A stretch of DNA of 64,000 nucleotides from an uncultured bacterium (GTDB taxonomy: Bacteria > UBP14 > UBA6098 > B30-G16). The DNA is taken from assembly GCA_965552135.1 (NCBI GenBank), contig CBEVQY010000004.1, positions 1 to 64,000 on the forward strand, written 5' to 3'. The first letter of the stretch is position 1. Each line of letters begins with the position of its first letter. The notes beneath the pieces are model-generated. The model saw only the letters and a program-made list of their open reading frames with translations, made no database searches and was not told the DNA's origin. Of the stretch, positions 7,848 to 18,023 are shown one piece after another. The position numbers and the translations under genes are program-made.

Positions 7848-10552
7848 CAGTGCGCCTCGCCCCAGCTTTCGCCGATGCCAACGTCCACGACGAGGGGGAC
7901 CTTAAGCTCCACAACGCTGCTCATCTCGCCCACAACAAGCTCCTTAAGCCTTTCCTGCTCGTGCGGCGGGAACTCGAAGACGAGCTCGTCGTGCACCTGC
8001 AGAAGCATCTTCGCCTCGAAACCCTCCTCGGAAAGCCTGCGGTGGATGTTTACCATCGCCTTCTTGATTATATCTGCGGCGGAGCCCTGGAAGGGGGTGT
8101 TTATAGCTGCGCGTTTGGCAGCTTCGCGAGCCTGATGGCTCTCGCTGCGGATCTCGGGGAGATAGCGCCTGCGGTGGAGGATCGTCTCAACGTAGCCGTG
8201 CTCCTGCGCAAAGGCTATGATCCTGTCTATGCACTCGCGGACCTTGGGGTAGCGCTGGAAGTAGTTATTGATAAATGCAGCGGCTTCTTCGTGCGAGATG
8301 CCAAGCTGCTGCGAAAGCCCATGTGGCGTCTGCCCGTAGAGGATCCCGAAGTTTACCGTCTTCGCCAGGCGGCGCAGATCAGGCGTGATCCGGTCCATCG
8401 GAAGCCCCGTTATGAGCGATGCGGTGTAGGCGTGGATGTCAAGCCCCCTTTGGAAGGCGTCGATGAGGTTGGGGTCCTCGGAGAAGTGCGCCATAAGGCG
8501 CAGCTCTATCTGCGAGTAGTCGGCAGACATAAGAAGCCAGCCCTCACGTGGAACGAAGCACTCCCTTATCCTGTGCCCGAACTCGCCCCGAGCCGGGATG
8601 TTCTGCAGGTTGGGGTCGGATGAGGAGAGCCTGCCCGTGGCGGTGACGGCTTGGTTGAAGGTGGTGTGTATCCTGCCGGTCTGGGGGTTGACCATCCGCG
8701 GAAGCGCGTCGATATACGTCGAAAGGAGCTTCGAAAGCTCGCGATACCTTATTATCTTCCCCGCTATCTCAACGCCCTGAAGCGAAAGCTGCTCCATAAC
8801 CTCGGCATCGGTGGAGTAGCCTGTTTTTGTCTTCTTTATGGGCTGGATTCCCATCTTCTCGAAGAGGACCTTCGAAAGCTGCTTGGGCGAGTCGATGTTG
8901 AAGACCTCGCCCGCAAGATCGTAGATCTCCTCCCTCACCTGCTCCATCTGCGCCCTGACCTCTTCGCCTATCCCGCGGAGTTTCTCCACATCAAGCCGGA
9001 TGCCCAAAAGCTCCATATCGGCAAGAACCCTCACCAAAGGCATCTCGAGGTCCCTGAATAGCTCCCAAAGACCAAGCTCCTTAAGCTTTGGCTCGAAGAT
9101 CCTTTTAAGGCGCACGGTGATGTCGACGTCCTCGCAGGAGTAGCGCGCAGCAACCGAAGGCTCGACCTCGGCAAAGCTTTTTTGACTTTTGCCCTTGCCA
9201 ACAACGTCGGAGTAGGATGTCATTGTGTGCCCGAGGTACTTGAGGGCGAGGAAGTCGAGCCCGTGCTGGTGGGAGCCGGGATCAAGAAGATATGCGGCGA
9301 TCATCGTGTCGAAAAGCTCGCCCTCAAGCTCAAAGCCCGCGCGCCTTAAGACCTTTATGTCGTACTTTATGTTCTGCCCAACCTTAACCTGGCTTGACGA
9401 GAAGATCCTCTGCAAAACGCCCCTCGCCTCCTCGAGGGGGACGTTGTCGGGATGGTCGAAAAGCCCGCCTTCGCCCTTGTGACCCAAAGGCACGTAGAAC
9501 CCCTCCCGCTCCCTCGTCGAGAAGGAAATCCCCACAAGCTTTGCCTGCATTGGGTCTTCGCTTGTCGTCTCGGTATCGATGCAGACAAAGGGCGACTCCA
9601 AAAGCCTCTCCGCAAGCGCCCCAAGCTCGTCGACCGAGCTTACGAGCGTGTATTCCTCGCCCCCGCTTTGGGTATCCTTGTGTTTCGGCAAAAGCTTTTT
9701 CACAAGCGTGGCAAGCTCATACTCCTGCAGGATGGGCAAAAGCTTTTCCTCATCGGGTTCGCCCAGGCGCGCCGCCTCCAGATCAAGGGGGATGTCCAGG
9801 TCGGTCCTGATCGTCGCAAGCTCGCGGGAGAGGTAGGCGAGGTCTTTGTGCTCCTCAAGCTTCTTGCGGACGGAGGGCTTTAGTCTGTCGAGGTTTTGGT
9901 AGATGCCCTCAAGCGATCCCCATTCGTTCAAAAGTGCGGCGGCGGTTTTTTCGCCTATGCCCGGCACGCCGGGGATGTTGTCGGACGAGTCGCCCATAAG
10001 AGCCAAAAGGTCGAGCACCTGCTCGGGTCTTACGCCGAACTTTTCGTGGGCGTTTTCGTGGGTCCAAACCCTGTCGGGGCTTGCGCCACGACCGGGCGCA
10101 AGCATCTTGATCCCCGGACGCAAAAGCTGCAGAAAGTCCTTATCGCCGGTGTAGATCACCGCCTCGACGCCGGCTTCGGCAGCCTTGCGCGCAAGGGTGC
10201 CAACGACGTCATCCGCCTCAACCCCCTCAACCTCAACAACAGGAATCCCAAGCGCGCGAATAGCCTCCTTTATCACGGGCAAAAGCTCCCTGAGCTCATC
10301 GGGCATCTTGGCGCGGGTCGACTTGTAATCCGGAAACCTCTCGTGGCGAAAGGTGGGCTTGTGCGAATCGAAGGCGACTATGATATAGTCGGGCTTCTGC
10401 TCGCGGATTATCTTGGAGATGGAGTTCAGGGTGCCGTAGAGGGCGCTTGTGTTTATGCCCTTCGAGTTCCTGAGAGGGTTTTTTATCATGCTGAAGTGAT
10501 TTCTGTAGGCAAGCGCGGTGCCATCGATGAGGATAAGCTTTTCCGACATCAT
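7847..10552 (-). CDS. polA: DNA polymerase I
   Basis: LILIDG 5'-nuclease, DTETT 3'-5' exo, TGRLSSSDPNLQNIP, DYSQIELR, LQVHDEL. Confidence 0.98.
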   Translation of the reverse strand: MMSEKLILIDGTALAYRNHFSMIKNPLRNSKGINTSALYGTLNSISKIIREQKPDYIIVAFDSHKPTFRHERFPDYKSTRAKMPDELRELLPVIKEAIRALGIPVVEVEGVEADDVVGTLARKAAEAGVEAVIYTGDKDFLQLLRPGIKMLAPGRGASPDRVWTHENAHEKFGVRPEQVLDLLALMGDSSDNIPGVPGIGEKTAAALLNEWGSLEGIYQNLDRLKPSVRKKLEEHKDLAYLSRELATIRTDLDIPLDLEAARLGEPDEEKLLPILQEYELATLVKKLLPKHKDTQSGGEEYTLVSSVDELGALAERLLESPFVCIDTETTSEDPMQAKLVGISFSTREREGFYVPLGHKGEGGLFDHPDNVPLEEARGVLQRIFSSSQVKVGQNIKYDIKVLRRAGFELEGELFDTMIAAYLLDPGSHQHGLDFLALKYLGHTMTSYSDVVGKGKSQKSFAEVEPSVAARYSCEDVDITVRLKRIFEPKLKELGLWELFRDLEMPLVRVLADMELLGIRLDVEKLRGIGEEVRAQMEQVREEIYDLAGEVFNIDSPKQLSKVLFEKMGIQPIKKTKTGYSTDAEVMEQLSLQGVEIAGKIIRYRELSKLLSTYIDALPRMVNPQTGRIHTTFNQAVTATGRLSSSDPNLQNIPARGEFGHRIRECFVPREGWLLMSADYSQIELRLMAHFSEDPNLIDAFQRGLDIHAYTASLITGLPMDRITPDLRRLAKTVNFGILYGQTPHGLSQQLGISHEEAAAFINNYFQRYPKVRECIDRIIAFAQEHGYVETILHRRRYLPEIRSESHQAREAAKRAAINTPFQGSAADIIKKAMVNIHRRLSEEGFEAKMLLQVHDELVFEFPPHEQERLKELVVGEMSSVVELKVPLVVDVGIGESWGEAH

Positions 10553-12231
10553 CCCCCTCCCTCGTTCTTTCCCCTTTTGTCCGCGAGGATCTTGGCAACA
10601 ATCCCGAGAAGCGAGGCTGGGTCGAACGGCTTTTCCTTGAAGAACCAATCCTTATGCCCCGAGAGGGCGGCTTTGACTATTGTGTGCTGTGGGTCGTAGC
10701 CATAAGCGGTCATAAGGACGACGCCCGCCTGAGGGCACACCTCTTTTACGGCCCGAAGCACGTCGTAGCCCGACCTGCGCGGCATCTTTACGTCGGAGAC
10801 GACGATGTCGTAGCATTTGCGCCCAAGGAGCTCTATCGCGACGTCGCCGTCCTCGGCGGTATCGACCTCGGCGCCGAAGCAGCGCAAAAACTCCGCAAGC
10901 CCCTCCCGAAGAAGCTCGTCGTCGTCGGCAACGAGAATCCTTGCACCACCAAGATCAACCTCGGGCATCGGCGGAAGCTCGGGAAGCTCGGGCAGGGGAA
11001 GGGAGTACATCTCTATGTCCTCGGTGTACTTTTCCGACTTGAGCATCTCGGGCGGGTTTTTGATCCAGTCGATTATCTCGCCGACCTGCAGAGCTGTTCT
11101 CATCGCCTGCTCAACCCGCGGGAGCAAAGCCCTTTTAAGCCCGGGAGCGACCTCACGCTCAAGCAGCGCCCTGACGGAAGAGAGCGCCATCATCTGAGCC
11201 TGAAGGCAGTTGTTTATGCTGTGCGCCAGGGAGATGCCTATCATCCTAAGCTCGCACTCCCTTATCGGTCGCAGGTCCCTGCCCACACCCAGCGTCCCTA
11301 TCTCCTCGCCGTGCTCGTCGTAGAGTATCGAAGCCGAAAGCGATAGCGGTATAACCTCGCCGCTTTTGGATACCGCCTCCACGGGCTCGTTTTTTATCGA
11401 CCCGCCGGACTCGCGCATCTTCCTCATAACCTCACGCGCCTTCGCGGGGTCCTTGTAGAGCCTTAGCACCGAGCGACCCTTTATCTCCGACGGGCTGTAG
11501 CCGAAGATCTCCTGCGCCGCGGGGTTGAAGACCCTTATCTTGCCGCGCCTGTCGGTGGTAACTACGACATCGGCGGAGCTGTTTATGATCTTTTGGAGGT
11601 AAATCTTCTGTTGCCGGAGTCTGTTCAGAAGCTGTCCGTGCTCGATGAGCGAGGCAGCGCGGTGAGCAAAAAGCTCCAGGAGGCGCAGCGTCTCGGAGCG
11701 CGGCGTGGGCCTTTTGCCGTCGTAAGGATCGTCCACAGAGATGACGCCTATTATCCTCCCCGTGCGGCTCCTGAGGGGAACGAAGAGGTAGTCGTCGGGG
11801 TGCCAGCCGTCGAAATCGCCCGCGCTTATGCGGCTCGGAACGCCCCCAAGCTCCTTGTTCAGCGGATCATCGTGCGGAATATAATATGACTCGCTGACCC
11901 TGTACTTCTCGGAGAGAACCTTACGCCACATAGCGGGGGAAAGGGGCTTGTTGCGCTTAAGCGCCTCAATATCCTCAGCCGAAAAGCCGGCATAGCCCAT
12001 GTCGATCCGCTTCCAGTTCCTCCCGAAGATCGATATAAGCGCCCTCCTGAACAGCTGGGCGTCGACTATGCCCTGCGCTATGATCCCAAGCTGCTTGTGG
12101 AGACTTCGGGTTCGGGATATTCGCTCCGAGGTCATCATAAGTATGAAAAGCTGCCTTGTGCGCAGCCGCAGAAGCTCCTCGCAGCGGCGAAGAAGCTCAT
12201 CCCTTGTGTTCTCAGCGCCAAAGCTCATCAC
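10549..12231 (-). CDS. GAF-PAS-(HisKA-like)-receiver signalling protein
   Basis: GAF (VPLRSRTGRIIGVISVDD), PAS (FNPAAQEIFGY), H-box-like LAHSINN, REC (ILVADD, DVKMP, MTAYG). Confidence 0.8.
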   Translation of the reverse strand: MMSFGAENTRDELLRRCEELLRLRTRQLFILMMTSERISRTRSLHKQLGIIAQGIVDAQLFRRALISIFGRNWKRIDMGYAGFSAEDIEALKRNKPLSPAMWRKVLSEKYRVSESYYIPHDDPLNKELGGVPSRISAGDFDGWHPDDYLFVPLRSRTGRIIGVISVDDPYDGKRPTPRSETLRLLELFAHRAASLIEHGQLLNRLRQQKIYLQKIINSSADVVVTTDRRGKIRVFNPAAQEIFGYSPSEIKGRSVLRLYKDPAKAREVMRKMRESGGSIKNEPVEAVSKSGEVIPLSLSASILYDEHGEEIGTLGVGRDLRPIRECELRMIGISLAHSINNCLQAQMMALSSVRALLEREVAPGLKRALLPRVEQAMRTALQVGEIIDWIKNPPEMLKSEKYTEDIEMYSLPLPELPELPPMPEVDLGGARILVADDDELLREGLAEFLRCFGAEVDTAEDGDVAIELLGRKCYDIVVSDVKMPRRSGYDVLRAVKEVCPQAGVVLMTAYGYDPQHTIVKAALSGHKDWFFKEKPFDPASLLGIVAKILADKRGKNEGGG

Positions 12232-12257
12232 TACGAATCGATACCCTCCTCACTCCA

Positions 12258-13253
12258 TCAGCTCAGGTCGACTTCCTCCAAAATTAAGTCGTTGCCCTGC
12301 GGATCAACTCTGTATTTAATCAATCTTACCGTCTTCTCGTCTATCGTTTTTCTTTTTGCGCAATAAGAAACTACTTTTGGGTCAAAATCAAAACCTACAA
12401 GAATACTTTGCACCATCTCGGAATCGCCGTCCGCAAGTTTTCTGGTGAGCCAGCTCTCGTATCTGATAACTTGCCTCAGATCCTCCTCCTTAACCAAACC
12501 AGTTTTTAGCTCCATACACGTGAACTTGTGCAAGATTTCCATCGAACCGACTTTTGTCACATGGGTTAGGAAAACGTCCATCACCGTGTTAAATGTAGTG
12601 GGAACGAAGTTTAGGAAATCTGCATAATCGCCTATAAGCTCTTTTAGTTTTCCGGCGGCAAATGCTCGCATAAACCACGCATTAAGGTAACCTTCATATC
12701 TTAAGCGCCCACGCCTGTCCTGCTCGAGGCTGAGAGGAAGCGGCTGAGGATGGCGCGGACGATAAGGATTGGGAATTTCGCCAGGCTCGATGTAAACGGG
12801 ATTGTTCCTCAACAAAAGACGAATAAGCTCTTTCCCCTCATCCGACGTAATCGGGAAGTGAGACTTCCTCATAATAGTTCCTAAATCGAAAGTCCAAACC
12901 TTACCCTTGTCCCTCAGGTCAAGAATGTCGCTTATTGCAATGGGGTTGGAAAACCTCCTCACTGCAGGCTCAAAGCACACCCTATAAGGATAAATCTGGT
13001 CAGTCTCGCTCCAAATGCGCTCCGTGTCGTAAAAAGGTCCCTGAGTAACCCTCCATAATCCGTATATTCCTCTGCCCTTTACGTAAAAGAACACAAAATC
13101 GCCCACCCTTATGCTCGCAAAACTCGCCACAACTTCCGAGTTCATCTGCTTCGACTTTCTCGTACCAGCTGCGTGAGCTCCCCCGTATACCCCTCTTTCA
13201 ACGCATACATTAAAGCTGTTTTCCCCGGCGAGAAATATATGATATCCCATCAT
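12258..13253 (-). CDS. EVE/PUA-like domain fused to NucS-like PD-(D/E)XK nuclease
   Basis: IRVGDFVFFY..IYGLW..PFYD..IW..YPYRV; MDVF..MELKTG..RQVIRY; AT-richer than neighbours. Confidence 0.75.
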   Translation of the reverse strand: MMGYHIFLAGENSFNVCVERGVYGGAHAAGTRKSKQMNSEVVASFASIRVGDFVFFYVKGRGIYGLWRVTQGPFYDTERIWSETDQIYPYRVCFEPAVRRFSNPIAISDILDLRDKGKVWTFDLGTIMRKSHFPITSDEGKELIRLLLRNNPVYIEPGEIPNPYRPRHPQPLPLSLEQDRRGRLRYEGYLNAWFMRAFAAGKLKELIGDYADFLNFVPTTFNTVMDVFLTHVTKVGSMEILHKFTCMELKTGLVKEEDLRQVIRYESWLTRKLADGDSEMVQSILVGFDFDPKVVSYCAKRKTIDEKTVRLIKYRVDPQGNDLILEEVDLS

Positions 13254-13388
13254 ACTCCTCCCGAATCATCCGTCGTTCGCCCCTGTTTTGAAAGCCAAAC
13301 ATCTGCTCCGCAAGCCGAGGTTTATTCCCAACACTCCTTCCCCGAACACGGCGCAGTTTATCGACAAGCAAGCTCTGCGTCTGCCATA

Positions 13389-16300
13389 TCACTTCCCCTC
13401 CCTCTCAAGCGCTCTGAAGTACTGTCGGACCTGCTCCTGGTACTGGCGCGGATAAGGATTTGCCAGGATCTGCAGGAGGGACTGACGTATCAGGTTCTTT
13501 CTCTCGCCGAGGTCTTCGGGAAGCGGTCCGGGCGACTTTCGGACGACGTCCTTGCCGGGGCGGGAACGCCTCTTTTCGGTGTACTCCCTTTTGTGCAGCG
13601 ACTTTTGCGCATCGAGCATTCGCGAAAGGATTCTGTCCTGGCGCCTCAGGGTGCGCTCGTTCACGTTGAAGCGTCTGAGGTCCTCCTCAACGCGCTTCAT
13701 GTCCTCTATCGTCTGCTCCATCCTGCCGAGGAGGTTTGCGTGCTGTTCGAACTCTTCGCGGAGCTGCTCGAGCGTCTTCCTTATCGCCTCTTGCTCTGCC
13801 GCGAGGCGGGCTGCGGTTGCCATCTGCTCGGGGGTGAGCCCGCCGGGGTTTTGGCAGGCGCCGAAAAGGGGCAGGGTCTGTTGGTTTATGCAGCCCTGCT
13901 TCTCGCAAAGGCTTTTGAGCTGCTGCATAAGCTGCTCCATCCCCGAGGGGGAAGAGGACTGGCACATCGAGTTCATCGTCCGCAGCAGCATCTCCGCCGC
14001 CGCGTTGACGTTCCCCATGGCTTCGCGCCCACTTTTGGGAGCACCAAACGACCTCCCCTGCGAGAGTCTGCTTGTCGCCTCCGACATATATTTCTCCGCC
14101 TCTGCCAAGAGGGCGCCGACGGCGGGTGGCAGGAGGAAGGTCTTGCCGCCTATCTCGCCCACACGCTCTATCGACCTGCGCAAAGCCTGCCTGAGCTCAT
14201 CCTGAACGCCGGCAAGGAGAATGAGCTTTTGCCTATCGCGCTCCCGCTCAACGTCGCGCACGAGCTCCTCCTGGCGGCTCGAGATGTACAGAAGCTCGCG
14301 GACGGTTCTCGTGATATCGGCGGTAAGTTGCGCCTGCAGCGCCTGCTGCATCTTCTCCTGCAGCGATGCCAGGCTTTCGCCAAGCTTGCCCATGGCGGAC
14401 GAGATGTTCTGCCCGGTCTTCAGGGCGGCTTCGAACTTGCCCCGGGAGATATGGCTTCGGGCAAGCTCAGCCTGCTCGGGAAGGCTTTGCTCAGCAAGCT
14501 GTTGCGCAAGCTTCTGCATATCCTCGGCGGGCATCTCGGGGAACTCCTTCATCTGCTTCGCAAGCTGTGCCGCCTGGTTCTGGAGGCTTTGAAGCTGCTT
14601 GCGAACCTCGCTCTCCATACGGGATAGCTCCTTCGCACCGCGACCGGACTTGAGACCCTCGTTTATCCTGTCCTGAAGCTCCTTTATCCGCTGTGCAAGC
14701 TTTCTGAGCTCATCAAGCTGCATCTCGACCTGGATGCGCTTCAAAAGCTCAAGCGCCCTATCGAGCCTCTGCAAAAGCTCGCGCTGGCTTATGTTCAGGT
14801 TCCGCATAGCCCTGCGCAAAAGCTCGGGGTTCATCTTCTCCAAAGCCTCTTGCATCTGGCGCAAAGCCTCCTTAAGCTCCTCGGGCAGGATCTCGTCCAA
14901 AAGTCTTTGGAGCTCCCACATCTTCTCCAGGATCTTTTGCGCCACGAGCTTGTTTTGCTCGATGCGCTCGATGGTTTCGCGCATCTTCCGCGCCGTCTCG
15001 GCAAGTCTTTGGGCAAGCTGCCTCTGCTGCTCCAAAAGCCTTTCTGCCTCCTTGCGCTGCTCGTACGAGAGCTTTTCCGTCTCCTGCTCGAGCCTGCGCG
15101 CCATCTCCTCCATCCGCTCCGCTATCTCCTTCTGATGTTGGATCGCCTCGTCAACGGAGCGCATCTGCTCCCGCTGCTCCCCCGTAACCTCCTCTATTAT
15201 CTCGTCTATCGACGGGAACCTTACTGCATATACCTTGCTTTTGCCCATCTTAGGTCCGCGCAGGGCGTCGTTGTCGTAGCCCTCGACCCAGTACTTCACC
15301 ACGTCGTCGGGAACGAGCCCAAGCGGCGAAAGGTCCCAAACGAAGTCCAAAACGACCTGCCTCTTGCCGAAGAGCGAGAAGGGGAGCTTGTACGAGTGGA
15401 CGGTGCTCTCCTGTGTGACGACGACGAACTTAAGCAAGAACTTCGAAAAGCCGAAGTCGTCCTCGGCGTAAACCTGGATGGGCAGCTTCATCTCCTCGTT
15501 TATGTCGGTGTCCTTGCCCGGCAGCGTTATCTGGACCACGGGCGCCTCGTCGCTGTGAACGCGGATCGAATATAAGGGCGGCTGAGGGTCGGTGTTGCCC
15601 TGGTCGTCCCAAACTTTTATCGTATACGTTCCGTCCGAGAGGACGGTGATCTTTCCAAAAGCCTTTCGCCCGAGGCAGCGCATTGGGATCGTCGTTCCGT
15701 CGTTGAGCAGGAGCTGTGCCCGCGCGATCTTCTTGCTCACCAAAGCCTCGACGGTAACCTGGGTGCCGTAGAGGGCGTCGATGTTGCCGTCGTTGCGCTC
15801 AACGCGCTGCCTCGCAAGACCGGTATAGCGCGGAAAACGATACTCCAGCGCCACATCCACAACCCTCGGCAGGTCGAGCACCTCGACCTTAAAGACTCTG
15901 CTTTTGTAGTCGCCGCCTGTGACGAAAAACTCTATCCTGTCGGCGACCTTGCGGAAGGTGTATCGGAAAAGCTTTGGGTCTGTGGGGTCGCGCTGCGCCT
16001 CGAACGGAACAAACCCCTCATCGCCGAGCCTGCGGTAAACCCAAACCTTGTCGGGAATGCTCCCTGCGGCTCTTACTTTTATGGTGTAGTTGTCGAACCT
16101 CACAGCTCTGCCGCCTGCAGGGAGGGTGACGAAAAGAGTGGTCTTTGTTGGTTTCCGAAACGGCGTGAAGGGCAGAAGCGCCTTGCGGGCGCCCGCAGCG
16201 AACCAAAGGGGGAACGCCGCCGCCGAGCCAAAAAGCAAAAGCAAAAGGATTGCAAAAACCGCTGCGCGCTTTGTCGCAGCGCGCAGGGGCAGGAGCCTGC

Positions 16301-16709
16301 GCACGCCAAGGGGGCGCGCAAGCTCAACGGCGCGGCGAACTACCGCATCCACAAGGGAGGGAGAAAAACCGTATTCGCTGGGGTCCTCGCGGGCAAGGTC
16401 GTACGCAGCGATAAGGTGCTCGCGCAGCTGAGGGTAGTACCGCTCGAACTCCATGGCTATCCGCCTCAGCGAGGGCGGCTTCGCCAGAGGTGGCACCAAT
16501 GCCCACAAAACGACGAACGCGCTTAAGGCGATCCAGGCGAAGAAAAGCGACGCCCTCGTCGCCGTATCGAACCAGAAGAAGGCGTTAACGGCAACAAGCA
16601 CAAGAAAAGCCCCGGCAACCACAGACAAAGCCGCGATCAGATTGACCCCAGCCTGCGCCAAAGCCACAGCCACCTGCGCCCGACGAAGCTTTGCCAAAAG
16701 CTCATCCAT
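13389..16709 (-). CDS. DUF4175-like membrane-anchored long coiled-coil protein
   Basis: N-terminal TMs, Ig-like middle (D..P.V, AEDDFG, YWVEGYDND), Gln/Glu-rich coiled coil; start MDELLAKL. Confidence 0.8.
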   Translation of the reverse strand: MDELLAKLRRAQVAVALAQAGVNLIAALSVVAGAFLVLVAVNAFFWFDTATRASLFFAWIALSAFVVLWALVPPLAKPPSLRRIAMEFERYYPQLREHLIAAYDLAREDPSEYGFSPSLVDAVVRRAVELARPLGVRRLLPLRAATKRAAVFAILLLLLFGSAAAFPLWFAAGARKALLPFTPFRKPTKTTLFVTLPAGGRAVRFDNYTIKVRAAGSIPDKVWVYRRLGDEGFVPFEAQRDPTDPKLFRYTFRKVADRIEFFVTGGDYKSRVFKVEVLDLPRVVDVALEYRFPRYTGLARQRVERNDGNIDALYGTQVTVEALVSKKIARAQLLLNDGTTIPMRCLGRKAFGKITVLSDGTYTIKVWDDQGNTDPQPPLYSIRVHSDEAPVVQITLPGKDTDINEEMKLPIQVYAEDDFGFSKFLLKFVVVTQESTVHSYKLPFSLFGKRQVVLDFVWDLSPLGLVPDDVVKYWVEGYDNDALRGPKMGKSKVYAVRFPSIDEIIEEVTGEQREQMRSVDEAIQHQKEIAERMEEMARRLEQETEKLSYEQRKEAERLLEQQRQLAQRLAETARKMRETIERIEQNKLVAQKILEKMWELQRLLDEILPEELKEALRQMQEALEKMNPELLRRAMRNLNISQRELLQRLDRALELLKRIQVEMQLDELRKLAQRIKELQDRINEGLKSGRGAKELSRMESEVRKQLQSLQNQAAQLAKQMKEFPEMPAEDMQKLAQQLAEQSLPEQAELARSHISRGKFEAALKTGQNISSAMGKLGESLASLQEKMQQALQAQLTADITRTVRELLYISSRQEELVRDVERERDRQKLILLAGVQDELRQALRRSIERVGEIGGKTFLLPPAVGALLAEAEKYMSEATSRLSQGRSFGAPKSGREAMGNVNAAAEMLLRTMNSMCQSSSPSGMEQLMQQLKSLCEKQGCINQQTLPLFGACQNPGGLTPEQMATAARLAAEQEAIRKTLEQLREEFEQHANLLGRMEQTIEDMKRVEEDLRRFNVNERTLRRQDRILSRMLDAQKSLHKREYTEKRRSRPGKDVVRKSPGPLPEDLGERKNLIRQSLLQILANPYPRQYQEQVRQYFRALEREGK

Positions 16710-16829
16710 CCCAAAATATGATAGCGCCACAGGTGGCAAAAAGCAAACCATATAAAAGTCGAAAAGCTTGCCCTCACCCAAGCTGCCCTCTATATTTGGG
16801 GAATTGTTGAGGGGAAGAAAGGAGGCTTT

Positions 16830-18014
16830 ATGGACGAGCTTTTCACGCCCGAGCAGCAAAGGCTTCGCGAGCTTGCGCGCGAGATCGCCGAGGAGACGAT
16901 AAAACCGCTGCGGCGCAGGTACGACGAGGAGGGAATCTTCCCGCGCGACGTGGTGAAGGTTCTTGCCGATGCGGGGCTCTTCCGGGCGTTCATTCCCGAA
17001 AGCTTTGGCGGCACGGTGAAGGATGGTCTTGGCGTTACGAATATGTGCATAGTCACCGAGGAGCTTTCGCGCGTCTGCGCCGGAATAGCCCTCGCCTTCG
17101 CCGGAACGGGGCTTGGTGCATTCCCCATCATCCTCTTCGGCAGCGAGGAGCAAAAGAGGAAGTACCTTGCGCCCATAGCGCGTGGGGAAAAGCTTGCCGC
17201 CTTCGGTCTGACAGAGCCGGAGGCAGGGTCGGACGCGGGCGGAATAAAGACCACAGCGCGCCGCGAAGGCGATTACTACATACTAAACGGAACGAAGATC
17301 TTCATCACCAACGGCGGCGAAGCAGATATATACACCGTAATAGCGCTTACGAACCCCAAGAAGGGTGCTCGAGGCGCCTCCGCCTTCGTTGTGGAGAAGG
17401 GGACGCCCGGCTTTGACTTCGGCAAAAAGGAGGACAAGCTCGGCATCCGCGCAAGCGTTACAAGGGAGCTTGTCTTCGACGACGCCAGGGTGCCCGCCGA
17501 AAACCTTTTGGGGCGAGAGGGTCTTGGCTTTATAGTCGCGATGAAGACCTTCGACGTCTCCCGCCCGGGCGTTGCCGCACAAGCCCTCGGAATCGCTCAG
17601 GGCGCCTTCGAGGAAATCCTCAAAGCCTCATACACACACAAACGCGACGGAAAAGGGATCATAAGCCACCAGGGGGTCCAGTGGATGCTTGCCGACATGG
17701 CAGCGCAGCTTGAGGCTGTGCGGGCGCTCGTGTACCGCGTGGCAAAACTGGTCGACGAGGGCAAAACGAAGGATATCGCTCACCTCTCGGCGATGGCGAA
17801 GATGCTCGCATCGGACCTGGCGATGAAGATCACAAGCGAGGCACTCGAGATACTCGGACACATCGGCTACACGAGGGACTACCCCGGCGAGAAGATGATG
17901 CGCGACGCAAAGATAACCCAAATCTACGAGGGCACAAACCAAATACAGCGCAACGTCATAGCGGCGCACCTTGTGAAGCTTGCGGGAAAGCTTGCGGCAC
18001 ACGCAAAGCCTTAG
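16830..18014 (+). CDS. Acyl-CoA dehydrogenase
   Basis: [32 protein letters not shown]. Confidence 0.95.
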   Translation: MDELFTPEQQRLRELAREIAEETIKPLRRRYDEEGIFPRDVVKVLADAGLFRAFIPESFGGTVKDGLGVTNMCIVTEELSRVCAGIALAFAGTGLGAFPIILFGSEEQKRKYLAPIARGEKLAAFGLTEPEAGSDAGGIKTTARREGDYYILNGTKIFITNGGEADIYTVIALTNPKKGARGASAFVVEKGTPGFDFGKKEDKLGIRASVTRELVFDDARVPAENLLGREGLGFIVAMKTFDVSRPGVAAQALGIAQGAFEEILKASYTHKRDGKGIISHQGVQWMLADMAAQLEAVRALVYRVAKLVDEGKTKDIAHLSAMAKMLASDLAMKITSEALEILGHIGYTRDYPGEKMMRDAKITQIYEGTNQIQRNVIAAHLVKLAGKLAAHAKP

Positions 18015-18023
18015 GAGGAGGCG

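Noticed and set aside
13254..13388. Small ORF between DUF4175 and the EVE nuclease
   Set aside because: No recognisable product; may be a junction remnant but unsupported
13389..17153. ORF-track starts for DUF4175 (17153), polA (10648), dtd (43096) and others
   Set aside because: Extensions overlap neighbouring genes or promoters; downstream starts with RBS and family-typical N-termini were chosen
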